Shown here: piece by piece, positions 16,301 through 28,600 of the stretch
Numbering within the stretch: position 1 is the first letter of the stretch
Layout of the letters: each line of letters starts with the position of its first letter
Source of the DNA: Lingula anatina
Lineage: Eukaryota; Animalia; Brachiopoda
Reading direction: 5' to 3'
Length of the DNA stretch: 64,000 nt
Assembly: GCA_051362555.1 (NCBI GenBank)
Contig: CM120644.1
Location: 8,068,954-8,132,953 of the forward strand
Program-made: the position numbers and the translations under genes
The notes under the pieces: generated by a model
The model's database searches: none
What the model was told of the DNA's origin: nothing
What the model saw: the letters and a program-made list of their open reading frames with translations, nothing else

Positions 16301-19300
16301 CTGCTTACCGTGTGGAGTAGTCTTGTCGATACTGTGTTCTGTATGCCAGTGACACCTGGTGGCAAACATGTAAGCCACTGATGTACAGAGATACAGACAG
16401 AAGTGCTATCAGTGATAAATAACAACTGTTGCACATTATGCTACCTTAATTTTTCTTTCAGTTGCAGTATTGACTTTGCACTTTAAAGTTGACCACCATG
16501 CAAATTTTTATTAGTTGTACACTTTTGTGCTCAGTTGGTATTGCTGGTGTATTGCCAAAGTAAGCATTCCTATACATCTCAGATGTGCATTCGACTGATA
16601 AGTATCAAATAAAATGAAACCTCATCCAAAAATACCACAATGATAATATGAAGTTCTAAAACACAAGTTTGAGAAACATGACTTTGAAGGTATAATTTTG
16701 AATTGAGATGGATTAAATGTGGACTCAGATCCTCATATTTGATAAACATGTTGATCATTACATGTACATTTAGACCCATTTTGGAATGACACATTTATTT
16801 TGGAATGACACGTTTAGTCTGTTACAGATACATGTATTATTCATTTTGAGCAACCTAGCTAATGAACGATGGCAGATTGACCCAAAAGATTAAAGACCTT
16901 GAGAACTGATAGCAGCTGAAGGCAGATATCTTGAAATCCAAGGTGACGTAGGCAAATGTTCACTCAGTTTTTTATCATTTGTATTTGTGTATGGCTTGAT
17001 AGGGTTGAGGTGAATTTTTTTGTGTGTGTGTGCTGGTGCATAAGCTTCATAATACATGTAACTACATGGTGAAGTTGTTTTTTTTTAATGTGTGTGTGTG
17101 TTTAAAGTTGCACAAATTTTGCATTTCATCAGTATGATACAGTTCACCATTGCTGGTTCTATTAATTTCAATTGAATCAGTCAGTATTTTATAAAACTTT
17201 GTCCCATCTGAAACTTTTTCATTGTTATCTTGGTAATACAAGCCTAAACACATTTGCATGTATACCAACAATGATTCCAGAGAACTTTACCACAGAATTG
17301 CCTTGACTTTATCTGTGATAGCTTAATATCTTGTTACCTTCTTGATGACATTTTCCAATCCAACAAGAAAAGAAAGTTTTTCTTCCCGTTCACAGTAGGT
17401 AATGTTACATTCCCTTTATCAAGTCTTATTTTTATTACATTCATTCCTTTATTGATTATGGTGTATTTCAATACTGGAACAATGACTTTTATCTAACAGT
17501 AGACTACATAATACTAGCCAGTACATTTATGAAAGCACATCTTAAATAACAGAAAGAAAAAACACTCATAAGTATTTGCGAAACACCCTTTACTGTAATT
17601 TATTACTTACACAATCTCCATAATTCTTAAGCTTTGCTGACTATTATTTTACGTGACAGTAAAACTACACCAAAGAAAATGAAAAAAAAAATATAGAAAA
17701 AACAAACACTTGGTATTGGGAAAGAAAGGTGTACAGAAGGATACCGACATGGGTTTTGATTTCTTTTACATGCAACCATCTGGTAATTTTGTCTAAAATA
17801 GTCTAGTAAAAATTATTTGGTGGACAGAAGTTTTTGAAAAGAAATGTAGCTGCTGTAATTATAGTAATGCACAAAGTAAACAGTCAACAGAGTTTATGAT
17901 CAGGTGCTAGTTTTTTGTCAGTCAATCTGAGAAATGTATAAATGTCAGAAAATAAATGTTGTTATGGGTTTTATTTGAGTCTGCCATGGAAATCTTATCA
18001 TTGCAACATTGCAAGACATCAACTAGAGCATGAATGCATATTGATTAGGTTTTCTTTTTTATCTTTCTTTTCTTTCCCTTTGTTTTTCATAGAAAGAATC
18101 TCAGAGTGAATCTTACTAGACATTTTATATAAGATTTAGCAGATGAGCAAAGTTAGATATGGTATTACAATTTAAAACATCAAAACCAAGTGATGCGACT
18201 GGCCATGAGCTGATTCATGAGTAGGAAATTTTTTTCTTGAAGAAGTTTCTGTTTGGCGTGAAAATTACAGATAGGATTATCTTGAGATCAGTTGTGTTTG
18301 GTGCTAGTATGACATAGTGACTCATAAGTTGTGTGATGAATTGGTTATTTAAACATGTCACTTCTTTTAGTATTGACTAATAAGTGAGTAACCAAATAAC
18401 AAAATGTTATATTCTCCTTTTTTTCATTGTTGCTTCTTAAATGTGGCTGGGAAATTCCAGAAAGGATACCTGTAATATTAAAGCTTACCTGTGAAGGGGG
18501 CCGTCCAGTATGTACCCTAAGATGTCCCACCGCAGCCCAGACAGCTATTTCACTGGGTTGCCTGGTGATGTGGTCATCTATATGGTTGCCTGGTGTTGTG
18601 GTTGCCTGGTGATGGGTTTCAGACTCAAATCGGTATGGTTTAAAGACTGGTGATTTTGTTGATGGGTGATATGGTTGCCCAGTGATGTAGTTGACTGGTG
18701 TTGTTGTAGTTGCCAAGGGATGTTGTTTCCTATTGATGCACTTTAGATTCAAACCAGTGCAGTTTGAAGACTGTTGATGTGGTTGCCTAGTAATATGGTT
18801 GCCTGGCGATGTGGTTGCCTGGTGATGCACTTCAGACTCAGAGCAGTACAGTTTAAACGCTGGTAGTATGGTTGCCTGGTGATGCAGTTGACTGGTGATG
18901 CGGTTGACTGGTGATATGGTTGACAAGTGATCTGGTTACCCAGTGATGTTTTCCTGGTGGTGTGCTTTAGGCTCAAACCATTACAGTTTAAAGGCTATTA
19001 CCTGAAAACATCCTTTTACAAAGAAAAAAGTTTTTATGCAAAAGCCAAAGTGTTAGAAACCCACACAATCAGCAGGGGACACATATTTATGAGCATTCCT
19101 GTTTGTTCAGGTGTAAAAAATAGATAATTTCAGGTTACATTTTTGCCCTGGCTCATGTTTATTTCCCTGAGCATAGGTTGGAAGGATATGAGCCAGAAAA
19201 AGATAATAACCAATTTAGAATGGTTGCAGGCCTTAGATCAAGTGTACTCTCATAAATGATATTTTGGAAAAGATTTTTAAATAGAAAATAGTTATTTTTA

Positions 19301-19601
19301 TGCGAATATGTTACACTGTTTGTAACTTGCTAGTGAGAGGTTGGATCACTATCAGTAGAGATAAACAGGTAAACTGAGTGCATTATGGTCTTCACTTTGC
19401 CCCACAATTGAGATATGTACGGTACCTAATGTTGATGTACATGGAAAATAATTATTTAAATGAAATAAAATGTCAGAGGAAGAAGAAATAAAAAAGGCTA
19501 AGATTACAGTTGCTGTGTAAATAATGATAAAGGATTAAAATAACTTGTAGCAAAACTGGTTGAGTTTGCAATCTTTTATAAAAGTAGGAGGGAAATGAAA
19601 A

Positions 19602-19632
<31 letters not shown>

Positions 19633-22600
19633 TGATAGATTTAATATTTGATTACGATATATTTCAAGGAAAAAATTAAAGGGAAAAAAGTCAACATTTT
19701 TTTTTTTTGGGGGGGGGGGGGAAATTCTAAACTTCATTTTCAGTTTACAAGTCAACTAACTCAAAGTGGTATACAAACATACAGAAATTATTATTATTTT
19801 TTTGTTTATTTTATGATATTGTGTTGTGTTCACATGAATAAATGGATTTATATTTGCATTTTTGATATCAGGCTCTTGCTATTGAGTTCTTGAATTGGAT
19901 CTTCAGACATGATTAAACAAATTTGTTTGCATTTTTTTTGCCTTATGGGACCACAAACCCCCAGTTGCCAGGCCATTTCTACCCACTTTTCTCTTAGAAC
20001 CCAAGAATATGTCTCATGTTTTAAAACTAGCCTCCAAATCCAAAGTCTTTGTGTTGAATCAGATACAAACAAGTTGAACATTTGGGAAACCTTATCCGTT
20101 TGGATCAGATTTTAAAAAACATAGTTGCCATAAATAGATAGATGAGGAGGATTTAAAATGTTACCTATGTGTATAACAAACTGTTCATTCCCAAAATATC
20201 CAGTGTGTGGAGCATGATATTCCTAATCAAAGACTATAGCTAAAGGTGGCAGCCAGTCATAGAGCCATTCAGTATCCTATCGGAGTGTCAAATATGATCA
20301 AGTCAAAAATGGCCATCATACTAAGATATTCTATGTCTCTCTCCAAAATTAATCTTTCTTTAAGTATAATTAAGCTTGAGGTGGTAGACAGTTACTGTCA
20401 GGGGATGAAAAGAACAGATCAAAGCTACAGGAAGCAGACAAGAGAACAAGTCACTGGAACCCAACAGTGGAAATAGAAATGAATCTCAAATGAATCTGAG
20501 CTCGACAGAGTTTCTCTGATGATTAATTGTCTGTAAAGCACCCTGAGTGACAGACTTCAGTCACACAACACTGTAACACAAAGATTGATACATGTGGATG
20601 TGAAGTCATTGACAAGTTAATATTCCATAGAACATTCCTTAATTCTCAGATGCCTTAAGTTTATACTTGTAGTAATCAAATGTGGCCACCTACCTGACAT
20701 CATCTCAAAATTTAAAAAAAAAGAGAAAATCATCTTAAATTTATGAAGTTTTTTTTTTTTTGTAATATAAACACTGCGTAAATTTAATTTAATAATATGT
20801 AAAATTTCATTCTTTGAATGTCAGATTTTGATATACTAATAGTACAATTGCGTTGCTAAAGAACAAAACAATGTCTTGATTACATTCTCAAGCTCCTGGT
20901 GCTGTACAGGGATGTTAGTGTTAGTAGCACCTAGATCTGAAGCATTCAGGATATCCATCATGGCTTTGTAAATAGTACTTTCACACTCATTAATATTTAG
21001 TGCTGAGCTTGAGATTTTTTGCCAAGGTGTGGTTTATTTGAGAAAGATTAAAGGTGGTGTATTTATCAGTAAAACATTTTGTCTTTACGGCACTCACGGT
21101 TAGTACTCAAAGGTTTTTGTGTTTTCCTCTGGGCAATCAGTCAATGACATTATACTGTGTGCTGGTCTCTTAAGTCTTTGAAACATCAATTTATCCTCTA
21201 GCTTATGTAATGTCATTGAATAAACAGCCAACTGAATGAAATGAAAATACCTCTGAGAAGAATCATGCATAGATTGATATAGGATTACATTGATTTCATC
21301 ATACATGTAGTTGTTTTTGAAGTCTCATCAGCAAGAAACATTTTCTATTCAACAACAAACCAAAAGCAACCCAATAATAACTAGATTAATGAAAACATGA
21401 AAAAAAAAAATGAAAACAAAATGGGCTTAATTCAAGAATTAGCCTAGGAAAACACTTTCAATTCATCCATCCAGTTTTGGTCAATTGTTCATCGACCTTT
21501 TTTTTTTTGTCCATCCATCATTCATGCATTTTTTCATTCATCCTTCTATTCATCTGTCCATCTTTTCATTTATTCATTCATTCATTTGCACATACATCAG
21601 TCTATCCATACATCCATTAATATTGGTTTCATATACACATTCTTTTTCATTTTAGTCTGGAAATCGCCCCACACAATGTGGACGTAAACGTTCATCCTAC
21701 CAAGCATGAGGTCCATTTTCTCCATGAAGACGCCATCATAGAAAGCATACAGAAATGTGTCGAAACCAAACTACTTGGCTCCAATGCATCAAGAACATAC
21801 TTTGCCCAGGTAAATATTAGGGACCATTCCCACATTCCCACTAAATTGCTTTCAACTTGATGGCTTAAATGTCTGTCATGCCTAGTAAAGCTGTTAGGGG
21901 GTAATAATCTTTACACCTTAGCTTATTCAGTAGGCGTGACAGACATTTAAGCTGGTTAATTGACAGCAGTTTTGTGAGACTCCCCAGGGAGTTAGATTGA
22001 TCCAGCTGGTTCGATCTAGGCATGGGAACCCAGTCTTAGAGGTTTAGTTCAGAATTACTAGAAAATATTCTTTAAAAGGTTTTAGGTCCTTAAAGTGATT
22101 TTCAAAAAATTTTGCTAGAAGGTAATCTGACAAGTAAAAGACAAGTCAGTTTTTAATGTTAAAACTGAAGATATTACAGAGATGTATATGTTACAGTAGT
22201 ACTATTTTTTGTTAAATAGTGCCACCACTTTGACTGGTGACCAAAAAATTGCTTAATTTCCGTTTCATTTTTTTTTTTTTTAGGATAGTGTAAATCCAAA
22301 ATGTCTTGTGATTTTGACAAGTTGATTTTAAAGAAGTAATTACCCTGTAAATTAAAAAATATATATTTTGTGATTTTGACAAATTGATTTTGAAAAAGTA
22401 ATTACCTTGTAAATTTAAAATATGTTGTGATTTTGACAAATTGATTTTAAAGGAGTAATTACCCTGTAAATCCAAAATGTTTTGTGATTAAAACAAATTG
22501 ATTTTAAAGAAGTAATTACCTTGTAAATCCAAAATGTTTTGTGATTTAGGGGAATTGATTTTAAAGAAGTAATTACCATGTTGTAGGCACTGCTGCCAGG

Positions 22601-25600
22601 AGCCCCTGTTTCTGTTGGAGAAGTGATCTCTGAGAAGAAGAAAACAGAGGAGGACACAGGTACTTCACTCATTATACAAAGTGTCCAAAATATGTATTCA
22701 CTCACTGACTGAATTTATTTATTGATGTTTAATTGACATAGATACAAGTGTTACAGAAATAATTTAAAGAAAATAGCATGTAACATATTATTAATTTCAT
22801 GTAAATATATAAATGTTCTCATAAACAACAACAATGATAAAAATGATACAGTATTTATGAGCATAAAGGCCAGTCAAAGGGTGCTTTCCCAGAGATTTAG
22901 ATCGATCTAAAGATTAATTTTTAGATCAACTTAACTCCCTGGGGGTTCACGCTAAATTGCAGTCAGCCAAGCGGGCACCGTAGTTAATTACCCCCTTACA
23001 GCTTTTAGTAGGCGGGACAGACGCTTAAGCCAGCCAAGCTGACAGTAATCTAGTGAGACTCCCCACAGGGATAGATCGATCTAAAAATTTATGGAAATGG
23101 GGTGAAAGAGTGAGTGCTTTTTTGGAGGGAGGGGGAAGGGCACCCGTTATCATGCTTTCTTTCCAACAATTTAGTAATCAATATGGTATTAATTTGAAAA
23201 AGTCTGTGAAAAGTGGTCATTGAATTGACAGAAAGCTTATAGCCTCTTTGGTTGATTTTAACACTTATATATCAAAGTTGTATTATTAGTAGTCTACAAG
23301 TGCAGATAAAGGGGGTTTTTGAGCCTGCATTACAAAAATAAATGATAAAGTGCTTGGTTTTTTAGACCAATGATTTATATACATATTTTTAGTGATACAA
23401 CAATCACTTATTTGTCCTGAGACTTAGCCTAGCTTTTGACATGCACTTAGTGCCCAACTGATGAGAACAGGATTTGTTCTGCAATACTTAGATGAGCATT
23501 TTCAGTAGGCTTTGATCATAGAAAATTGTATTCTGTTAATGTAAAGCTCAGACTTGCAGTGCTCTTTAGCCCATGTAGCAGATAAAAAAACATCTCTGAT
23601 TCAACATGATATTATATCGTTTTAATACCAGCATTTTTTGTTAACATGTTTGTCAAAATTGTATGGATTTTACCTGGGCCATTTCATCTGATAACAAAGT
23701 GGTAAAAGAGTTTCTACATTGTGTTAGACAAATGATGTATGAGGCAACAGCGTGCCTACCTTTCCAGACACTTGATTGAAAAAAGTGGTATTAATTGCTT
23801 CTTTCAAGTCATTTGTTTATGACTTTAAGGGAAGAGGAAATTAGGAAAAGAATGGATTGATAAAGCAAAAAAAAAAAAAAAGAAGAAGGAAAAAAATCTA
23901 GGTGAATACCACAGTTAGATAATTTTGAGTAAATAAATGAATCAGTAAATGAAAAAACAAGTAAATAAATACAGTTTGACTATTAGATAAATAAAATATA
24001 AGCACATATTAAATGAGTATAAAAAAATCTAGGAGCACCTGTTGCCCTTGAACATGTTGACATTATATTTCTTAGATAACAATGTACATAGGTCAAGAGT
24101 TTTTTCCTGACTGACGAGTATCTGATAGATTGCCTGGTTCTAGGTATTAATTTCAGGAAATGGAAAAATGCAGAGAATAAATGGCTTCTCTGTACGTAAA
24201 TCATTATTGAATTGCAATGGATCAAAGAAAAATCAAAACAATAGTGCTTTATATTTTGCTGACATGACTAGAAGTTTGTTTTAGGAGATTGTATGATAAT
24301 CATTGCAGTCTTTTTGTTTGCTCTTATACTAGGTGTCTCTTTTTATTTTTATTTTTCAAAAGAAAATTTTAAACCAAAGGTTGATGTTAACTTCTTGATC
24401 AAATCCAGGAGTGGCCAATTTGGTATTTTAGGATTGATAAATTATTCATAGACGAGATATACCACGCTGGCATAGACATAGGCATAGATTACATGGTAGA
24501 GCCATTGGATACACTGAGAAAAGAAAAACCATAACAAAAAAAGGTTTTACAATCGCAGAACAGCTTGGTAATGAAATCTAAACTCATGATAATCAATCTA
24601 CAAGTTTATGTAAATAGCAGCTTTCTGAGTGTCAACAGTTTCCATAGTCAGTCATAATATCGGAAAGTTCAGTTATCAGTATTGATCTTTCTGTAACCTT
24701 TATGTTATGAAAAAGAGTTATGTTACAGAATTATCTCCCCATTTTTGTAATAAATGAAAACAACATGGAATTTATTTTTTTCTTCGATTGTTTGCTGGCT
24801 TCTGAGGGTGATAAATAAGGAGAATAATGAATAATAAAAAATCTGAGGTATAATATTGTTTTCACACTGGTGTTTTCACACTGACTGAAAATGTGATGAT
24901 TACATCTCATATGGTTTACAGATATTACTTGTAAACACTTGTGATCCTTTCACAAATGAAAAAATCACGAAATACTTGGAGAAGTGAAAATGGCATCTAA
25001 GCATGTTCAGACCCACTTGATATGTGCGTTATGGACATTATCTGCAGTTACCATTCTTGGCACATGTAATCTACCAGATGTCAACATGCTTCTGTGTCAT
25101 TCATAAAAACAATTTTCAACTTCCAGTTAAGTCTTCTGCTATGTAATGGAGCCAAAGTGTACCAGCAAACATGCCTCAGACTTTTGTCATATCAGACACA
25201 CACATGTAATATAAATAATTATATAAAACAGTTTTTGTATCAAAAGAGAAAAGAGAGAAAATGTGGGAAGAGAAGAGGGTGAAAAAACAAAGCTTGCATA
25301 AACAGCATGGTAGAAAAGAGGTATTATGTCAAAAAAAGGTGCTTATTACAATTTTTATTGTTTTTACTATTAAAAAATACATTACAGGGGCACCCAAAGT
25401 TTATGCACACCAAATGGTTCGCACAGACAGCAGAGAGAGGAAACTGGATGCTTTCTTTCAAAAAACAGGAAGCAATGGTCAGGTTGCCAGAAGAGATAAC
25501 TCGGCAGGTGATGTGGGGGTGACTAAGGCAACAGATGCTCCATCAAGGTGATTTGTACAGTTGAATATATCATTTCATATTGAATTAATAAAACATCAGT

Positions 25601-28600
25601 TCATGTTTGTTTATTATCCTGTCAGTGAGTGATTCTATTTTTAATGTACCTGGTAAAGACACTGCAGTTTTGTGGGGTTTTTTTCTTACTTAAGAATAAT
25701 TTATGTATGGTGCCATTTGCTGTATAGTACATGCAACCTTTGAGGTCTTGTATGTTAATTTCCAATATGTTTTAATACAGAGTTCAAGATATTTAGTTTT
25801 TATTGCAGAAAAAGGGTGCTAGAAGAAGAAGAAGAAGGAGACGATGTGGAGACAGAACCACCAGAGGGCAGTGCTGTCACTGAGACAACCCAAAGAAGGG
25901 AAATCAAACTGACCAGTGTCCTAGCACTGAGAAAAGATATCAAAGACAATGTCCACTCAGGTAAGTTTTGAACTAAAGTGTCCACTTAATATTGACAGCT
26001 AACTAAAAAATTAAACTAAATAAAAATGGATGTTTTTATTATGAAAGAAAAACATAAATTCCTAGATAATGCTCTTTGCAAAAACCTCCTCTCTTGTAAA
26101 TGAGAGGAGAACTTCTAGTCGCTGTGGTAGTTGTACTACGTATTTGCAGTGCATGATGCCTGACCCTAACTTACTGTGGTAGTTGACAGATGACACAACT
26201 CTCACATTTACCGACTACAGTTGCTATCAGGTAGTCTTCCCACAATTTGTTACAGGTTCTGCAGTAGTTATTTCATGGTCATCAGACAGAGTTTCCAAGG
26301 CAGCAGGAGTCAGCAGCACCAAAACTTTGCTCTTTTTGGGCACCTTAACTGGATAAACAACACTGTACAACTAGCTACTATCCAGCTATAGTTATAAATG
26401 CACATTAAAATTGATAAAAAAAGTGCACTATCAGCACATTCCTTTTTTATTACAGATGTGCATGGCTTTCAGCTTCAAAATGTGAATTTGAAAGATTAAT
26501 TTCAGTTTTCCATTAACTCTTGATCAGCACTCACAAACTTTGAATAATGCTATCCAATAGAACGGAGTATGAGAAGTACAAAACCTTATCCCAGTCCCTG
26601 TTTATTGTCCAATCTTCATAATAGATTTGTCATTTTCACTTGGCTGGCATAGAGACCAGCATATCCAAGAAACAGAAAATGTAAAAATAAATGTTTTCCA
26701 CCAGTAAAATGTTTTCAGATTTAGTCATTTGAGTTTAAAACAATGCTGTTTTGTGGCATTTGAAATTTAAACTTCACAATTTGGCTGTAGGCACAGGCCC
26801 TAGGTTAGAAAATAGACATAATATCTGGTAAAAAACAGCTTTTATTGTTTTCCATGTCTTTCTTTCTTCAAGGTCTCCAAGAACTGGTTCAGCATCACAC
26901 ATTTGTTGGGTGTGTCAATGAGGAACGGGCATTGTTACAACATCAGACAAAACTGTACCTGGTTAACACCACAACATTAAGGTAATTTTGTGTCATTTTC
27001 TTTTGAAAAAATGTTTTATTTGTGAAATAATGACATTCACTGTGAAGCATTTAGAAAAAATTACTGAATCTCTGTCATCCAAATCAACAAAATCACACTG
27101 AATAAGAAAAATCTGTTTTCAAACGTAAGAAGTATAAATTGAATTTCATCCCATTATGTGTAAATGTTTGTTCTTTTATTTCAGCAAAGAGTTGTTTTAC
27201 CAACTGATCATATTGGATTTTGGAAACTTTGGATGTTTGAGATTGTCTGTAAGTACTATTTAAAGTAAATTTTTTACTTTAAAATTTTCATCAAGTTTGA
27301 AAATTTTTGAAAAGTTCTTCACCTTATATGGCTGTGTAGGATTCACACATTTTGAAATATTAATTGATTTGTAAATGAGAACATTTCCAGGCTGATTGAT
27401 TAGATATATTTGTTTTTTTTTAGTAGATAACGTCACAGTGTGTTTAAGTTACTTTTATCGCTCTCTTATAGTACAACATCATATACTATCCAACTTAGAG
27501 TTGCAAGAATAAATATTATTATTATAATACGATTAAAAATGTTTGGGGGGATCCAATTTTCTGACAGTTTTCTAAATTATCCTTTTTGTTCCATCTTCCA
27601 TTTTTGACCGTCATCCGACAGAAAAAAATAGACACCAATCAATGTAAGCTGGAAAATCTGACCATCTTCCGGAAGACCCAGAAGACGGCCTCAATCCACC
27701 CCTGTTTGATAATTTGTCAAATTTAAATCATTTTGTTGGCCACCCATCTAACTGTATGTTAAACTTCATAATATAGGAGCCTGCCTCTCTGTATGAGCTG
27801 GCCATGCTGGCCCTGGACAGTCCAGAGAGTGGGTGGACGGAGACAGATGGACCAAAGGAAGACCTGGCCAGCTATGTGAAGGACTTCCTGGTCAGCAGAG
27901 CTGAAATGTTGGAAGATTATTTCTCCATGGAGATCAGTGAGGTAGGTAGGTTATGTCCTTGCCAGGTTGGATTTACACTGGACTTTATCAGAATTGAGGT
28001 GTGTTTATAGTCTTCTTGTGACAGCTTAATTTTAGTAACAAGATATTTAGGATAATTCCTCAAATTTTGAACAACATGAAATAGCATAATGTTTTTTTCA
28101 AAAATGTATGGTTAGAAACATTGAGATCTGTTGTGATTCAAAAGTTTTGAAAAGTTAGGGTTGCTTCATGTCAGAAAGAAAACTGTTATGATTCTGTGTA
28201 AATAATTACTCTTAAAAAAGGAAAGGAAAATATGAGAAAAAGTGGTGTTTGAAAATGTGTAGTAATTATTGTACACTGTCTCAGTCGGCTGAAATAATAT
28301 ATAGCATCTAGGACCCTATTGTTTATTACATGTTACAGTATCGCTATAAAAGCACTTGAACTGCTCCTAACATAATTACATCATGGGGGGGGGGGGGCAG
28401 TCAGGATTGCTGCAGCTTGAAAAAAATATGCTTACTTGGTATAGTACTGAGATTCTCATGGTAAGGAGCACAGAATGGAGAAAAAGGCCCCACAGTTATT
28501 ATAATAATCATTACAATTAACATTTCTTTATAGGATGGCCATCTTCACACCCTTCCTCTGTTGCTGGACAAATATGTCCCCTCCATGGATGGACTCCCCA

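Noticed and set aside
18345-18926. 193-aa minus-strand ORF as a protein
   Set aside because: It is the translation of a minisatellite, with no recognisable domain.
22290-22579. CRISPR-like array
   Set aside because: Units are head-to-tail with no unique spacers, inside a eukaryotic intron.
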